Origin: an uncultured Candidatus Peregrinibacteria bacterium
GTDB taxonomy: Bacteria; Patescibacteriota; Gracilibacteria; CAIRYL01
Assembly: GCA_903882825.1 (NCBI GenBank)
Contig: CAIRYL010000168.1
Location: 1 to 55,069 of the forward strand
Reading direction: 5' to 3'
Length of the DNA: 55,069 bases
Part shown: piece by piece, positions 27,755 to 36,713 of the stretch
Position numbering within the stretch: the stretch's first letter is position 1
Layout of the letters: each line of letters opens with the position of its first letter
Program-made: the position numbers and the translations under genes
Notes under the pieces: generated by a model
What the model saw: the letters and a program-made list of their open reading frames with translations, nothing else
Database searches by the model: none
What the model was told of the DNA's origin: nothing

Positions 27755-28446
27755 AAAATATTGGGGAAAAACGGCTGAGAAAAAAAATATGCGAGGAGGT
27801 ATGCTTTATCAGTGAGATACCCAAGAAAATCATAAAACCAAGAAACTCCAAAAAATGCCTGCAATCCTAAAAGTCCAAAAAGAAATAACGGACCATACGT
27901 AGAAAATCTTTCAAAATATTGTTCAAATTTTCGAGGGATAAATGCAAAAAGTACCTTTTCTCCGTCTAAAGGTGAAAGAGGAATCAGATTAAAAACACAA
28001 AGCAGGAGGTTGATATGAATAAAAATTTTTAAAAATTCCTGAATCGGATTGGGCATCCACAATGCTCCCCAAAAAAAGAGTGCAATAGCCAGCAATGCTT
28101 GTAAAAAATTAGAAAGAGGACCCGCAAGAGCGGTAAGAGCTTCATCTCTTTTTGGATGTTCAAAATTGGAAATATTTATAGGAACCGGCTTTGCCCAGCC
28201 AAAACCTGCAAAAAGTAAAAAAATAGTTCCCAGTGGATCTAAATGCGCCAGAGGATTTAAAGAAAGCCTTCCTTGAATTTTTGCGGTTGGGTCACCGAGT
28301 ACATATGCCATTCCTGCATGAGACGCTTCATGCACAGAAATAGCAATAAGAAAAGAGGGGAAAAGATACCAAAAAACAGAAAGATCTTGAAAGAACATTG
28401 ACGAGAAAAAAGAGAATGCGGTAGAGTGATTTTTGCATTTTTGCAA
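27751..28446 (-). CDS. Site-2 protease family (M50) membrane zinc metalloprotease
   Basis: HEASHAGMA (HExxH) lies in a TM helix. LNPLAHLDPLGT and PLSPLDGEKV are present. It has a 4-nt overlap with hflX. Confidence 0.8.
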   Translation of the reverse strand: MQKCKNHSTAFSFFSSMFFQDLSVFWYLFPSFLIAISVHEASHAGMAYVLGDPTAKIQGRLSLNPLAHLDPLGTIFLLFAGFGWAKPVPINISNFEHPKRDEALTALAGPLSNFLQALLAIALFFWGALWMPNPIQEFLKIFIHINLLLCVFNLIPLSPLDGEKVLFAFIPRKFEQYFERFSTYGPLFLFGLLGLQAFFGVSWFYDFLGYLTDKAYLLAYFFSQPFFPNIL

Positions 28447-28523
28447 AAAACAATCGAGGGTTTCTTTCTGAAGTAAAAATATTTTAAAAGATACCTTTTT
28501 CTCCTTTTTTTTATTTTAGAAAT

Positions 28524-28760
28524 ATGGCAAAAGTTTGTGATCTCTCTGGGAAAAGACCAACCGTTGGAAATAACGTTTCGCACTCTGTACGACGTACCAA
28601 GCGAAGATTCTTGCCAAATTTACAATGGAAAAAAATATGGGATACTGCTACAAAACAGTGGATTTCTCTTCGTATTGCCACTAGTACCTTACGTACACTT
28701 TTTAAAGAACCTTCCAACCACGAACAAAAGAAAATTGAACGAAAAGCAGAGAAAAAATAA
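28524..28760 (+). CDS. rpmB: 50S ribosomal protein L28
   Basis: [34 protein letters not shown] aligns with E. coli [33 protein letters not shown]. Confidence 0.92.
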   Translation: [78 protein letters not shown]

Positions 28761-28792
28761 GAGTTCATTTCTGGTGGAGACTGTTTTTATAA

Positions 28793-28823
28793 AACACAAA
28801 CGATGATTGTTTGGTGTTTTTTT
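28793..28823 (+). terminator. Probable intrinsic terminator after rpmB
   Basis: AACACAAAC...GTTTGGTGTT is an imperfect stem with one bulge, followed by TTTTTT. Confidence 0.5.
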
Positions 28824-29045
28824 GTGTATATCACTGAATGGAAATCTGAAAAAGAGTGGTTCTGAATTGAGATACCAAGAATTTTAGAGAACGAATACCA
28901 TTTTTAGAAAATGAATATTTGGAATTCTTCATTTTTGTAAAGCCTCCTCAAAAGAGCGTAATACTCAATTTTTAATGATACCGCTAAAAAGGAAGCGCTG
29001 TTCTCACTTCTTATAACATTCAAAAATAATAATAATTTAAAAAAC

Positions 29046-29122
29046 TGGTCGGGGTGAAAGGACTCGAACCTTCGACCTCATGGTCCCAAACCACGCACTC
29101 TAGCCAACTGAGCTACACACCG
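29046..29122 (-). tRNA. tRNA-Pro (anticodon TGG), CCA encoded
   Basis: The reverse complement is CGGTGTGTAGCTCAGTTGGCTAGAGTGCGTGGTTTGGGACCATGAGGTCGAAGGTTCGAGTCCTTTCACCCCGACCA. The anticodon loop is TTTGGGA with G37. There is one U4:C69 mismatch in the acceptor stem. Confidence 0.88.
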
Positions 29123-29239
29123 AATTGTTCTCTTCAAGGTTCATGCTACTCAAATTTTCTATACATATCAAGAGTTTACACATAAAAAATTGTATTTTTT
29201 TTGTTTTTTTAGTACAATTGCACGAAAAAGTTTTATTTA

Positions 29240-30826
29240 TTGCCAATTATGATTGTTCCTAAATTTTTTGCAAAAACAACAATTCAAACAAAACGAACGC
29301 TTATGTATTATGCAGGAGCCATGAATTTTATGTTCGTATACACTATTTTAGGGTATTCGATTGCTATTTTTTTAATGGAACGCTTCCCAAATAATCCAAA
29401 TGCTATTTTTTTAGTAGGGCTTATTTTAGGAATGGCAAGTGTGTTTGGTCTTTTTGTGGATGTATTTCTCTCTTATCTTCAAAAACTTTTTCAACCCAGA
29501 AAACTCATTCTTACGGCTATTATAGGTCTTATTTTGACCGTATCCATTTTTTTAGCGTCACAAATGGTAGATACGCTTAAATGGCCTCTTTTTACGGTAG
29601 TGGCTGCTTGTTTTTATGGATGGAGTTATGATTTGTATGAAGTGACGATGTCGACCATGATTTTTGAAAGTACAAAAAACGAAGAATATGCCAGAGCTAT
29701 TTCTCAAAAAAAAGTGGCGGAAGCTCTCGGAATGCTTTTTGGAATTATTATCAGTGGAATTACTTTGCACTACGGATCCACCATTGCCCAAATTTTTCTT
29801 CTTATTTTTCTTACTTCTATTTTTGTATTTTTTAAACTCCATTTTAATCAAGAAGCCGATAACGTAGCCTTAAAATTTTCTGAAAAATCTGGGATTCAGT
29901 GGAAGGAAATTTTTGCTTCACTGTCGGACACCGAGGAAGTAAAAAATAAACTTTCACACACAGAAAGTAGTTTAAAAGAAAAAGTAATTGCGCTTTCAAT
30001 AAAAACAGCAGAAGAAATCCGAAAACTTCCAGAAAATGCTCTCGAACTTAAAAAATCAACTCAAGCATTACTGGAATCTGCCAGATTAACGCTTTTGGAT
30101 TTATTGGCAAAAGAGGAAGAAATTGTTCGTGAAAAAGTCCCAGAACTCCCATTCCATCCAAAAGATATGGTAAAAGAAGTGCATAACGCCTTCGCCTCTT
30201 TTTTTAGAATTTTTAATGCAAATACACCTTTTTCACTCCTGTGGGTTACTTTTATTGTGACCTTTTTTAGCTTTTGGGATACAATGGCCATTACTTTTCA
30301 GCCACTTTTCTTCAAAAATTTTCAAGAGAACTTTGGAATTTTTAGTTCCTTTTTTATGCTCTTTTTTGTATTGCCAGTTTTTTTGTGTGAAATCCCATTC
30401 GCAACACTTGCAGATAAATACGGGAGACATATTATGATTTTTCTTGGAATATCTATTTCAGGAATTTCTCTTGTTTTTTTAGGGCTAGCGGAAAGCGCTT
30501 TTGGAGGAAGTATTTGGGTGATTTTACTGGCAGGAGTTGGAAACGCAGTTGGATATGCCGCCGCATTTTCTCCCGCACAAGCAAAATTTGCAGATGAATT
30601 AGAGAGATTCGCAAAACTGGAAGGGAAGATTTTAACCAGCTCGGAAATTTCAGCACCACTTCGAATTACCTTAAATATTGGAAATATTTTAGGTCAAATA
30701 GCAGGAGGTTTAATATTTTCATTATTAGGATTTTTTAATGGATTTTTTATGTTTGGAGTATTACTGGTTTTTGTCAGCATTCTTTCGGCAGTACAATATT
30801 CAAAAATTAAAGATCACCCATTGTAA
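29240..30826 (+). CDS. MFS-type transporter with a long charged central loop
   Basis: 528 aa: about 6 TM, a hydrophilic coiled insert of about 130 aa (KFSEKSGIQW...EKVPELPF), then about 6 TM. The ORF begins at a TTG; the ATG at 29249 (MIVPKFF) is an alternative. Confidence 0.6.
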   Translation: MPIMIVPKFFAKTTIQTKRTLMYYAGAMNFMFVYTILGYSIAIFLMERFPNNPNAIFLVGLILGMASVFGLFVDVFLSYLQKLFQPRKLILTAIIGLILTVSIFLASQMVDTLKWPLFTVVAACFYGWSYDLYEVTMSTMIFESTKNEEYARAISQKKVAEALGMLFGIIISGITLHYGSTIAQIFLLIFLTSIFVFFKLHFNQEADNVALKFSEKSGIQWKEIFASLSDTEEVKNKLSHTESSLKEKVIALSIKTAEEIRKLPENALELKKSTQALLESARLTLLDLLAKEEEIVREKVPELPFHPKDMVKEVHNAFASFFRIFNANTPFSLLWVTFIVTFFSFWDTMAITFQPLFFKNFQENFGIFSSFFMLFFVLPVFLCEIPFATLADKYGRHIMIFLGISISGISLVFLGLAESAFGGSIWVILLAGVGNAVGYAAAFSPAQAKFADELERFAKLEGKILTSSEISAPLRITLNIGNILGQIAGGLIFSLLGFFNGFFMFGVLLVFVSILSAVQYSKIKDHPL

Positions 30827-31476
30827 AAAACAGAAAATTGTTCTGCTAATATTTCCATTTTTTTTACATCTTTGTGTCCAACACTCTGTTCTACAGAAGA
30901 AGAAATATCAATTCCCTCTGATAGAGATACTGAAAGAATTTCTTGAAAATTTTTGCTCGAAACACCACCCGCAATAATGAGTTTTTGATGTGGTGCGCAA
31001 AATGACTTCGCATTTTTTAAAATTTCAAGAGAAATCATTTTTCCAGTTCCACCACGTTTTTCAAAAGAAAAAGCATCCAAAAGAATGGTGTCACACATTT
31101 TATACTCTTGAATTTTTTCAAGATCTTTTTCTGTTTCTGGGCAAAACACTTTCCAAACTTGTTTTTGTGGAAAAATATTTTTTACAAGAGTACAAAACTC
31201 GGGAGATTCTTCTCCATGAAGCTGAAAAACATCAAAAAAATGGAGTGTTTTCACCTCTTCGAGAGGAGGATGAATAAGTACTGCCACCCATTGCACAGGA
31301 GAAAAATGAATTTTTTTAAAATTCGTTATTATTTTCTGGGCAACATCCAGAGGAACGCACCTGGGAGATTGTTTCGCCAAAATAATCCCCAATGCTTCTG
31401 GATGTAAAATGCTACACACCTGCTGTGCATCAGAAAGATGAGTAATGCCACAGATTTTTAAAAAAGGGCGAATAAT
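30814..31476 (-). CDS. trpF: Phosphoribosylanthranilate isomerase; start codon unresolved
   Basis: GIILAKQSPRCV, VFQLHGEES and IIAGGVSSKNFQEIL. The ORF track starts at the GTG at 31419. The conserved N-terminal LKICGITHLSDAQ is encoded in frame upstream (31420-31461), with only ATT/ATC as possible starts. Confidence 0.75.
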   Translation of the reverse strand: MIRPFLKICGITHLSDAQQVCSILHPEALGIILAKQSPRCVPLDVAQKIITNFKKIHFSPVQWVAVLIHPPLEEVKTLHFFDVFQLHGEESPEFCTLVKNIFPQKQVWKVFCPETEKDLEKIQEYKMCDTILLDAFSFEKRGGTGKMISLEILKNAKSFCAPHQKLIIAGGVSSKNFQEILSVSLSEGIDISSSVEQSVGHKDVKKMEILAEQFSVFYNG

Positions 31477-31500
31477 ACAAAAATAATAAAAGATATCTTT

Positions 31501-32289
31501 TTACAGTGAACGAGGAATACTTTTTAAAAATTCTTCCATTCCGAAGACTCCTTTTTCTTCAAAAATTTTTAAGAGTGCCGTTCCAATAATCACCATTTCT
31601 ACTTTTCCATGAAGAGTATGCACTTGTTCGGGTGTTTGAATTCCAAATCCGAGTGCCAGAGGAGTATCCGTCACCCTTCGTATTTTTTTTATAAAAATAT
31701 CCAATTCCTCAGAAAACTCTGTTTTTGATCCGGTAATTCCAGTTCGTGCTACCACATACAAAAGGTCTTCTGCATATTGAGCTAAAAATTGAAGACGTTC
31801 ATCGGAAGAGGTAGGAGCCAAAAGAGGGAGAACACAGAGTCCTTCACGTTTCGAAAGGGTAAAAAATTCTTCTCCTTCAGGGGTATCAAAAGGAAGATCT
31901 GGGATAATAAACCCATCAGCACCAGATTTTTTTGCCATGGTTACAAATGATGGAATCCCTTTTGCAATAACAATATTTGCGTATGTCATTATCAGAAATG
32001 GCGTACGAATACCAAAAAGTCTCATTTCTTCTATAAGATGAAAAACATCCTGTACTTGGACTCCATTTTCTAAAGCATTTTGGCTTGCTTTTAACAAGTG
32101 CGGACCATCTGCAATAGGGTCAGAAAACGGAATTTGCAGTTCAATAATATCGACATACGGAGATATTATTTTCAAAATTTCCTTCGTATGAGAAAGTGTT
32201 GGATACCCCACCACTGTATGCGCCATTACTCCCATTTTCTTTTCTCTTTTGAGTTTTTGAAGAATGGAAGAAAGAAGAGAATTCGTCAT
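31501..32289 (-). CDS. trpA: Tryptophan synthase alpha chain
   Basis: IELQIPFSDPIADGP, GADGFIIPDLP, VARTGITGS and ALGFGI. Confidence 0.9.
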   Translation of the reverse strand: MTNSLLSSILQKLKREKKMGVMAHTVVGYPTLSHTKEILKIISPYVDIIELQIPFSDPIADGPHLLKASQNALENGVQVQDVFHLIEEMRLFGIRTPFLIMTYANIVIAKGIPSFVTMAKKSGADGFIIPDLPFDTPEGEEFFTLSKREGLCVLPLLAPTSSDERLQFLAQYAEDLLYVVARTGITGSKTEFSEELDIFIKKIRRVTDTPLALGFGIQTPEQVHTLHGKVEMVIIGTALLKIFEEKGVFGMEEFLKSIPRSL

Positions 32290-32468
32290 ATTGATGAAAA
32301 ATTTTTTAAATTTGTTTTTCTTTCTTAAGCTTCTCGAAAATTCTTTTAAAAATCAATTCCTAAAAGAGAAGATTTTTGGTATAATGGATGGAAGGAAGAT
32401 TTTTATATTTTTTCCGAATCAGGAAATAAATCTTCAAAAAAACAAAAAATAATTTTAAAAGCTTTCTC

Positions 32469-34946
32469 ATGCCCTTTGTTTTTCAACATTTTTTCACTCG
32501 TATTTTAAATATTTCTCCTCATGAATTCTCACGAGTATTTCTTTCTTGGATTTTAAAATTCGTTCTGCATACCGCAACAATACTCGGATTTACCATTATC
32601 CTGGCACTGTTTGTAGGAGATATGGGACTCGAAAACCTTCCATATTTGTATATTTTCCAGGCAATTTTTGCAATTATTGGAACTTTAGCGCTTTCCCATA
32701 TTTTAAGAGATTTTCCAAAGCCAGAAGCCCTTGGGATTGGTGGATTTCTTGTTTTTATACTTGCCACACTTGGATTTTTCCTCAAAGAAACACACCCTTT
32801 TCTTTTTTTCTCAGTCCTTATTTTGGCGTATTCCGTGATTATTACACAAATGAATATTGCTCTTTCTCTTTTTATAGAAGAGCTTTTTTCTCCATTAGAA
32901 AGTGAACGAACCTTTCCTATTATCGATTCAGCAGAACCCATTGGCGGTATTTTTGCAGGGCTTATCACGGGAATTGGTATCCAATTTACAGGCCTGAATG
33001 CAAACGATTTTTTATTTATATGGGCTTTATTTGGAGCACTTTTTTCTCCTCTTATTTACTTTTTTGTACAAAAATTAGATCCTATTCCAAAACCGCATTC
33101 TCGTCAGGATGAATTTGAAAGGCTGAGCACAATCGGTGAATTACAAGAAAGTATAAAACATATTTTCCATAACCCTTTTTTAAGAACACTTTTTTTTACT
33201 GTTATTTTACAATGGCTTGTATTTAACCTTATTGAATTTCAATACACGAGTGCTGTAAAACATGAATTTACCGATGCTCATAGTGGAGATTTGGTGGCAA
33301 ATCAACTCACACATGGTCTGGGAATGGTGCAAATAGGGATTCATGGGATTGTTCTTTTTTCTCAACTATTTTTGGCTTCTAGCATTATAAAACAATTTGG
33401 GATTGTTCGAACAATTATTTTAAATCCTATTCTTGTGTTTTTATCAGCATTTTTAATGACGATAAACTTCTCATTTCTCACCGCCACCAGTACCAGAGGA
33501 TTTTTTGAAACATTTGGAGGACTTGCCAGAAATGCATACCATTCATCTTTTTATGTTTTTCGCCCACATGTGCGAGAACGAGCAAAAGAATTTTTAGAAG
33601 GAATCGCCCGACCATTTGGAATGCTCTTGGGGACTGTAATTATTTTTATAGTGCAATACGTATCAAATTTTAACGAATTTTTCCTTTTAAATACGCTCTC
33701 TATTTCTCTTTTGTTTTTGCTCGGAGTATGGACTATTCTTTCTTTTTCATTGCGTACAAAATACACACTTTTAGCTCGAAAAAATTTAGAAACATCAGGA
33801 CATGCCCCAGAAAAACTGGATGCTATTGAGATATTAGCACAAAAAGGACATGAAAACCCGGGTATACACCTCATGAAAGTTCTTCATTTTAAAAATGAAA
33901 ATCCAAAAGTACGATCAAAGATTTTAAAAACCCTTGGGCAGATAAAAAATACAAATGCCATCCCTGAAATTATAAAATGTTTTGATGATCCTTCCATAGA
34001 TGTAAAACTTTCGGCAGTAGAAAGTTTGATGGAATTTAAAGGCTTGGGGAACCATTTTATGGGACAATCATTTGCAAAACATCATGTTATGGAGGCTCTT
34101 CAAACGCTTTTTTATACCACCAGGTCAAAAAAAATTAAATCCGCAGTTATTCAAGTTTTTAAAAATATTCAACATTCAGAGATTGTTCCTTTCTTACTAA
34201 AAGCATTGGAATCAAAAGATGAAGAAACTGTTTCTGGTGCTATTCGGGTTTGTGGTCTTTTTCATGATGTTTCCGCGGGTTATTATTTAGAAAAATTTTT
34301 AAATCATCCAAATCCTATTATTCGATCAAACACGATTGTAGCATTGTGGCAGTTTATTCCTTATCGGATGAAGCTCACGGTGACACTCGCAGGAATGCTC
34401 GAATCAAGAGATCAAAAAATTTTAGAATGTGGAATTTATGCGGTAGGAGAAACCGAATCCATTCAAGAAATACCAAGACTTTTGAGAATTTTATCCGAAA
34501 ATAAAAATAATCAACACCTTCGAAAACATGCTGCCATTGCACTTGCAAAAATGAATCATGAACATTCCATAGATCATTTGGTGGAGCTCCTTTTACATCC
34601 TGAAAAAGAAATTTCACTCTCTACAAAAAGTCTTTTTCCAAGGGTGCATGAGAATATTAAAAAAATTGTGAATCAGCATATTATGCAAAAAATTACACAA
34701 GAAATTTTAGAGACGCTTGCAAAAGAACAGAATGATATTTTAGAAGATATGTCATCTCCAACACTCAAATCGCTCTTTCGTGCGTATGAAATACTCGGAG
34801 AAGAAAAGGAAATGATGCAAATAGAAGAGATTTTAGAAGATCGAAAAAAGAAAAAAGAAGAAATTCTTCCCAATAAAAAAGAAATGGAAAAATACTTTGA
34901 AAAAGGAAAAAAAATGACACTCGAAGATCTTATCCCTTCATTTTAG
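32469..34946 (+). CDS. Fusion of a polytopic MFS/nucleotide-transporter-like membrane domain with a C-terminal HEAT/PBS-lyase-type repeat domain
   Basis: Residues about 1-430 hold 11-12 hydrophobic helices. Residues about 440-760 show repeated units: NPKVRSKILKTLGQIKNTNAIPEIIKCFDDPSIDVKLSAVESL, ALESKDEETVSGAIRVCG, HPNPIIRSNTIVALW and NQHLRKHAAIALAKM. These are typical of HEAT_2/PBS-lyase repeats. Confidence 0.65.
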   Translation: MPFVFQHFFTRILNISPHEFSRVFLSWILKFVLHTATILGFTIILALFVGDMGLENLPYLYIFQAIFAIIGTLALSHILRDFPKPEALGIGGFLVFILATLGFFLKETHPFLFFSVLILAYSVIITQMNIALSLFIEELFSPLESERTFPIIDSAEPIGGIFAGLITGIGIQFTGLNANDFLFIWALFGALFSPLIYFFVQKLDPIPKPHSRQDEFERLSTIGELQESIKHIFHNPFLRTLFFTVILQWLVFNLIEFQYTSAVKHEFTDAHSGDLVANQLTHGLGMVQIGIHGIVLFSQLFLASSIIKQFGIVRTIILNPILVFLSAFLMTINFSFLTATSTRGFFETFGGLARNAYHSSFYVFRPHVRERAKEFLEGIARPFGMLLGTVIIFIVQYVSNFNEFFLLNTLSISLLFLLGVWTILSFSLRTKYTLLARKNLETSGHAPEKLDAIEILAQKGHENPGIHLMKVLHFKNENPKVRSKILKTLGQIKNTNAIPEIIKCFDDPSIDVKLSAVESLMEFKGLGNHFMGQSFAKHHVMEALQTLFYTTRSKKIKSAVIQVFKNIQHSEIVPFLLKALESKDEETVSGAIRVCGLFHDVSAGYYLEKFLNHPNPIIRSNTIVALWQFIPYRMKLTVTLAGMLESRDQKILECGIYAVGETESIQEIPRLLRILSENKNNQHLRKHAAIALAKMNHEHSIDHLVELLLHPEKEISLSTKSLFPRVHENIKKIVNQHIMQKITQEILETLAKEQNDILEDMSSPTLKSLFRAYEILGEEKEMMQIEEILEDRKKKKEEILPNKKEMEKYFEKGKKMTLEDLIPSF

Positions 34947-35012
34947 AAAATTCTGTTTCTCAAAAAAAGCAGAGAGCATATTATAGAAATATTTTTTTAA
35001 CTGTTATTTTCG

Positions 35013-36173
35013 ATGGAAAATTTTTTTACCATTCATAAAAAGGCTCTAAAATCTCGAGCTAGATCTGGAACGATTCATACACTTCATGGAGATTTACAAA
35101 CTCCCTGTTTTATGACGGTTGGGACAAAAGCAAACGTAAAAACTATTTCTTCTCTTCAATTGGAAGAAATTGGAGTTCCGGTAGTGTTGTGTAATACGTA
35201 TCATTTACATTTATTGCCAGGAGAAGACCTTATTGCAGAAATGGGAGGATTACATGGCTTTATGAATTGGCAAAAACCTATTTTTACCGATTCTGGGGGA
35301 TACCAAATATTTTCTATGGGACATGGAAGTGTTTCGGAGGAAATTAAAGGGGTGCGAAATAGTCCTACAAGACGGTCCCTATTAAAAATTTCTGAAGATG
35401 GTGCGGTATTTCGTTCTTATCTTGATGGATCCCAAAAAATAATTACTCCTGAATCATCTATACAAATACAAAACAAGCTGGGCGCGGATATGATTGCAGT
35501 ATTTGACGAATGTACCCCTTTTCATGTGGAAAAAACGTATACTCGAAAATCTATGGAAATGACACATCGCTGGCTGAATAGATGTATTGCAGAACATCAA
35601 AAACTAAAATCTCCACAAGCATTGTATGGAATTATTCAAGGAGGAATATACGAAGATCTTCGGGAAATTTCGTTGGAATATATTGCAAAATCTGGGACTC
35701 CTGGAATTTGTATTGGAGGATCCCTTGGACAAACAAAAGAACAAATGTATACGATTGTTGATTTTGTGACACAACGACTTCCGGTAGAAAAACCGGTACA
35801 TTTACTGGGGATTGGAGATTTAGATGATTTAGTACAAGGCGTAGCAATGGGGATTGATACTTTTGATTGTGTGGCACCTACCAGAAATGCAAGACACGGA
35901 CGAATATTTTCTTCCGAAACCCCAAAAAACACACTACAAGTTACCAATGCAACTTTTAGAAATAATCATACTCCGCTCGATATACACTGCTCATGCGCCG
36001 TATGTACACAATATTCTAAAAGTTATATCCATTACCTCTTTCGGGCAAAAGAAGTATTAGGAATGCAACTCGCGACATATCATAATATTTGGTTTTTAAC
36101 GCGATTTATGGAAAAAATACGAAAAAGTATTGAAAATGAACAATTTGAAGAAGAATTTCAGAAAAAATTCTAA
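35013..36173 (+). CDS. tgt: Queuine tRNA-ribosyltransferase (tRNA-guanine transglycosylase)
   Basis: ARSGTIHTLHGDLQTPCFMTVGT, the catalytic TDSGGYQ, and the zinc site CSCAVC...H. Confidence 0.92.
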   Translation: MENFFTIHKKALKSRARSGTIHTLHGDLQTPCFMTVGTKANVKTISSLQLEEIGVPVVLCNTYHLHLLPGEDLIAEMGGLHGFMNWQKPIFTDSGGYQIFSMGHGSVSEEIKGVRNSPTRRSLLKISEDGAVFRSYLDGSQKIITPESSIQIQNKLGADMIAVFDECTPFHVEKTYTRKSMEMTHRWLNRCIAEHQKLKSPQALYGIIQGGIYEDLREISLEYIAKSGTPGICIGGSLGQTKEQMYTIVDFVTQRLPVEKPVHLLGIGDLDDLVQGVAMGIDTFDCVAPTRNARHGRIFSSETPKNTLQVTNATFRNNHTPLDIHCSCAVCTQYSKSYIHYLFRAKEVLGMQLATYHNIWFLTRFMEKIRKSIENEQFEEEFQKKF

Positions 36174-36193
36174 AAAATATTAAAAGACGTTTT

Positions 36194-36270
36194 TGGTGTC
36201 ACGGGGCAGATTTGAACTGCCGACCTCAGGGTTATGAATCCTGTGCTCTTACCAACTGAGCTACCGTGAC
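36194..36270 (-). tRNA. tRNA with CAT anticodon (elongator Met or lysidine-modified Ile2), CCA encoded
   Basis: The reverse complement is GTCACGGTAGCTCAGTTGGTAAGAGCACAGGATTCATAACCCTGAGGTCGGCAGTTCAAATCTGCCCCGTGACACCA. The acceptor stem is fully paired at 1:72, so it is not an initiator. The loop is TTCATAA. Confidence 0.88.
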
Positions 36271-36713
36271 ATGTAAATATGATATTATCCTTTTTTCTCC
36301 AAAAAGAGAAAAATATCTTCTTTGAGAATATCAGGAATAACAAAAGAGAAAAAGGTTTTTTTAGAAGAGAATATAATTTTTATATTCAAAAAAGAAAGGA
36401 AGAGTGTATACAGTCATATCCTATATAAATCCTACTTTTTAGACACTTTTTTCTCATACCTGCCGATAATTCTTTTTTGCTTGTAGTATGCAGACAAAAT
36501 TTGCGGGACAGCTTGTTTCACTAAAACGGAAAAACTCTTTTTTTGCTGTTTCATAAACTTTTTCTTCACATTATTTACGCTTAAACTTTCTTAATTTGAA
36601 AAACAAGAAAATGTTCGAATGGTACATCCAACAGGCATATTTGTAGCATTACAACACCACCTACTCACCGAAGAAGAACTACTACGCACTTTTTTAAATT
36701 ACTCGATTATTGC

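Noticed and set aside
29046-29122. The U4:C69 mismatch in the tRNA-Pro acceptor stem as a sign of a pseudogene
   Set aside because: The rest of the cloverleaf, the anticodon loop (UUUGGGA), the T-loop and the CCA are canonical. A single mismatch is tolerable.
36271-36713. A 440-nt ORF-free spacer between tRNA-Met and the fibre-like gene, and similar spacers at 28824-29045 and 37452-37648, as hidden ncRNA genes
   Set aside because: They are very AT-rich, with no extended complementary segments or conserved motifs that I could recognise. They more likely hold promoter, terminator or tRNA upstream sequence. A covariance-model scan would be needed to say more.
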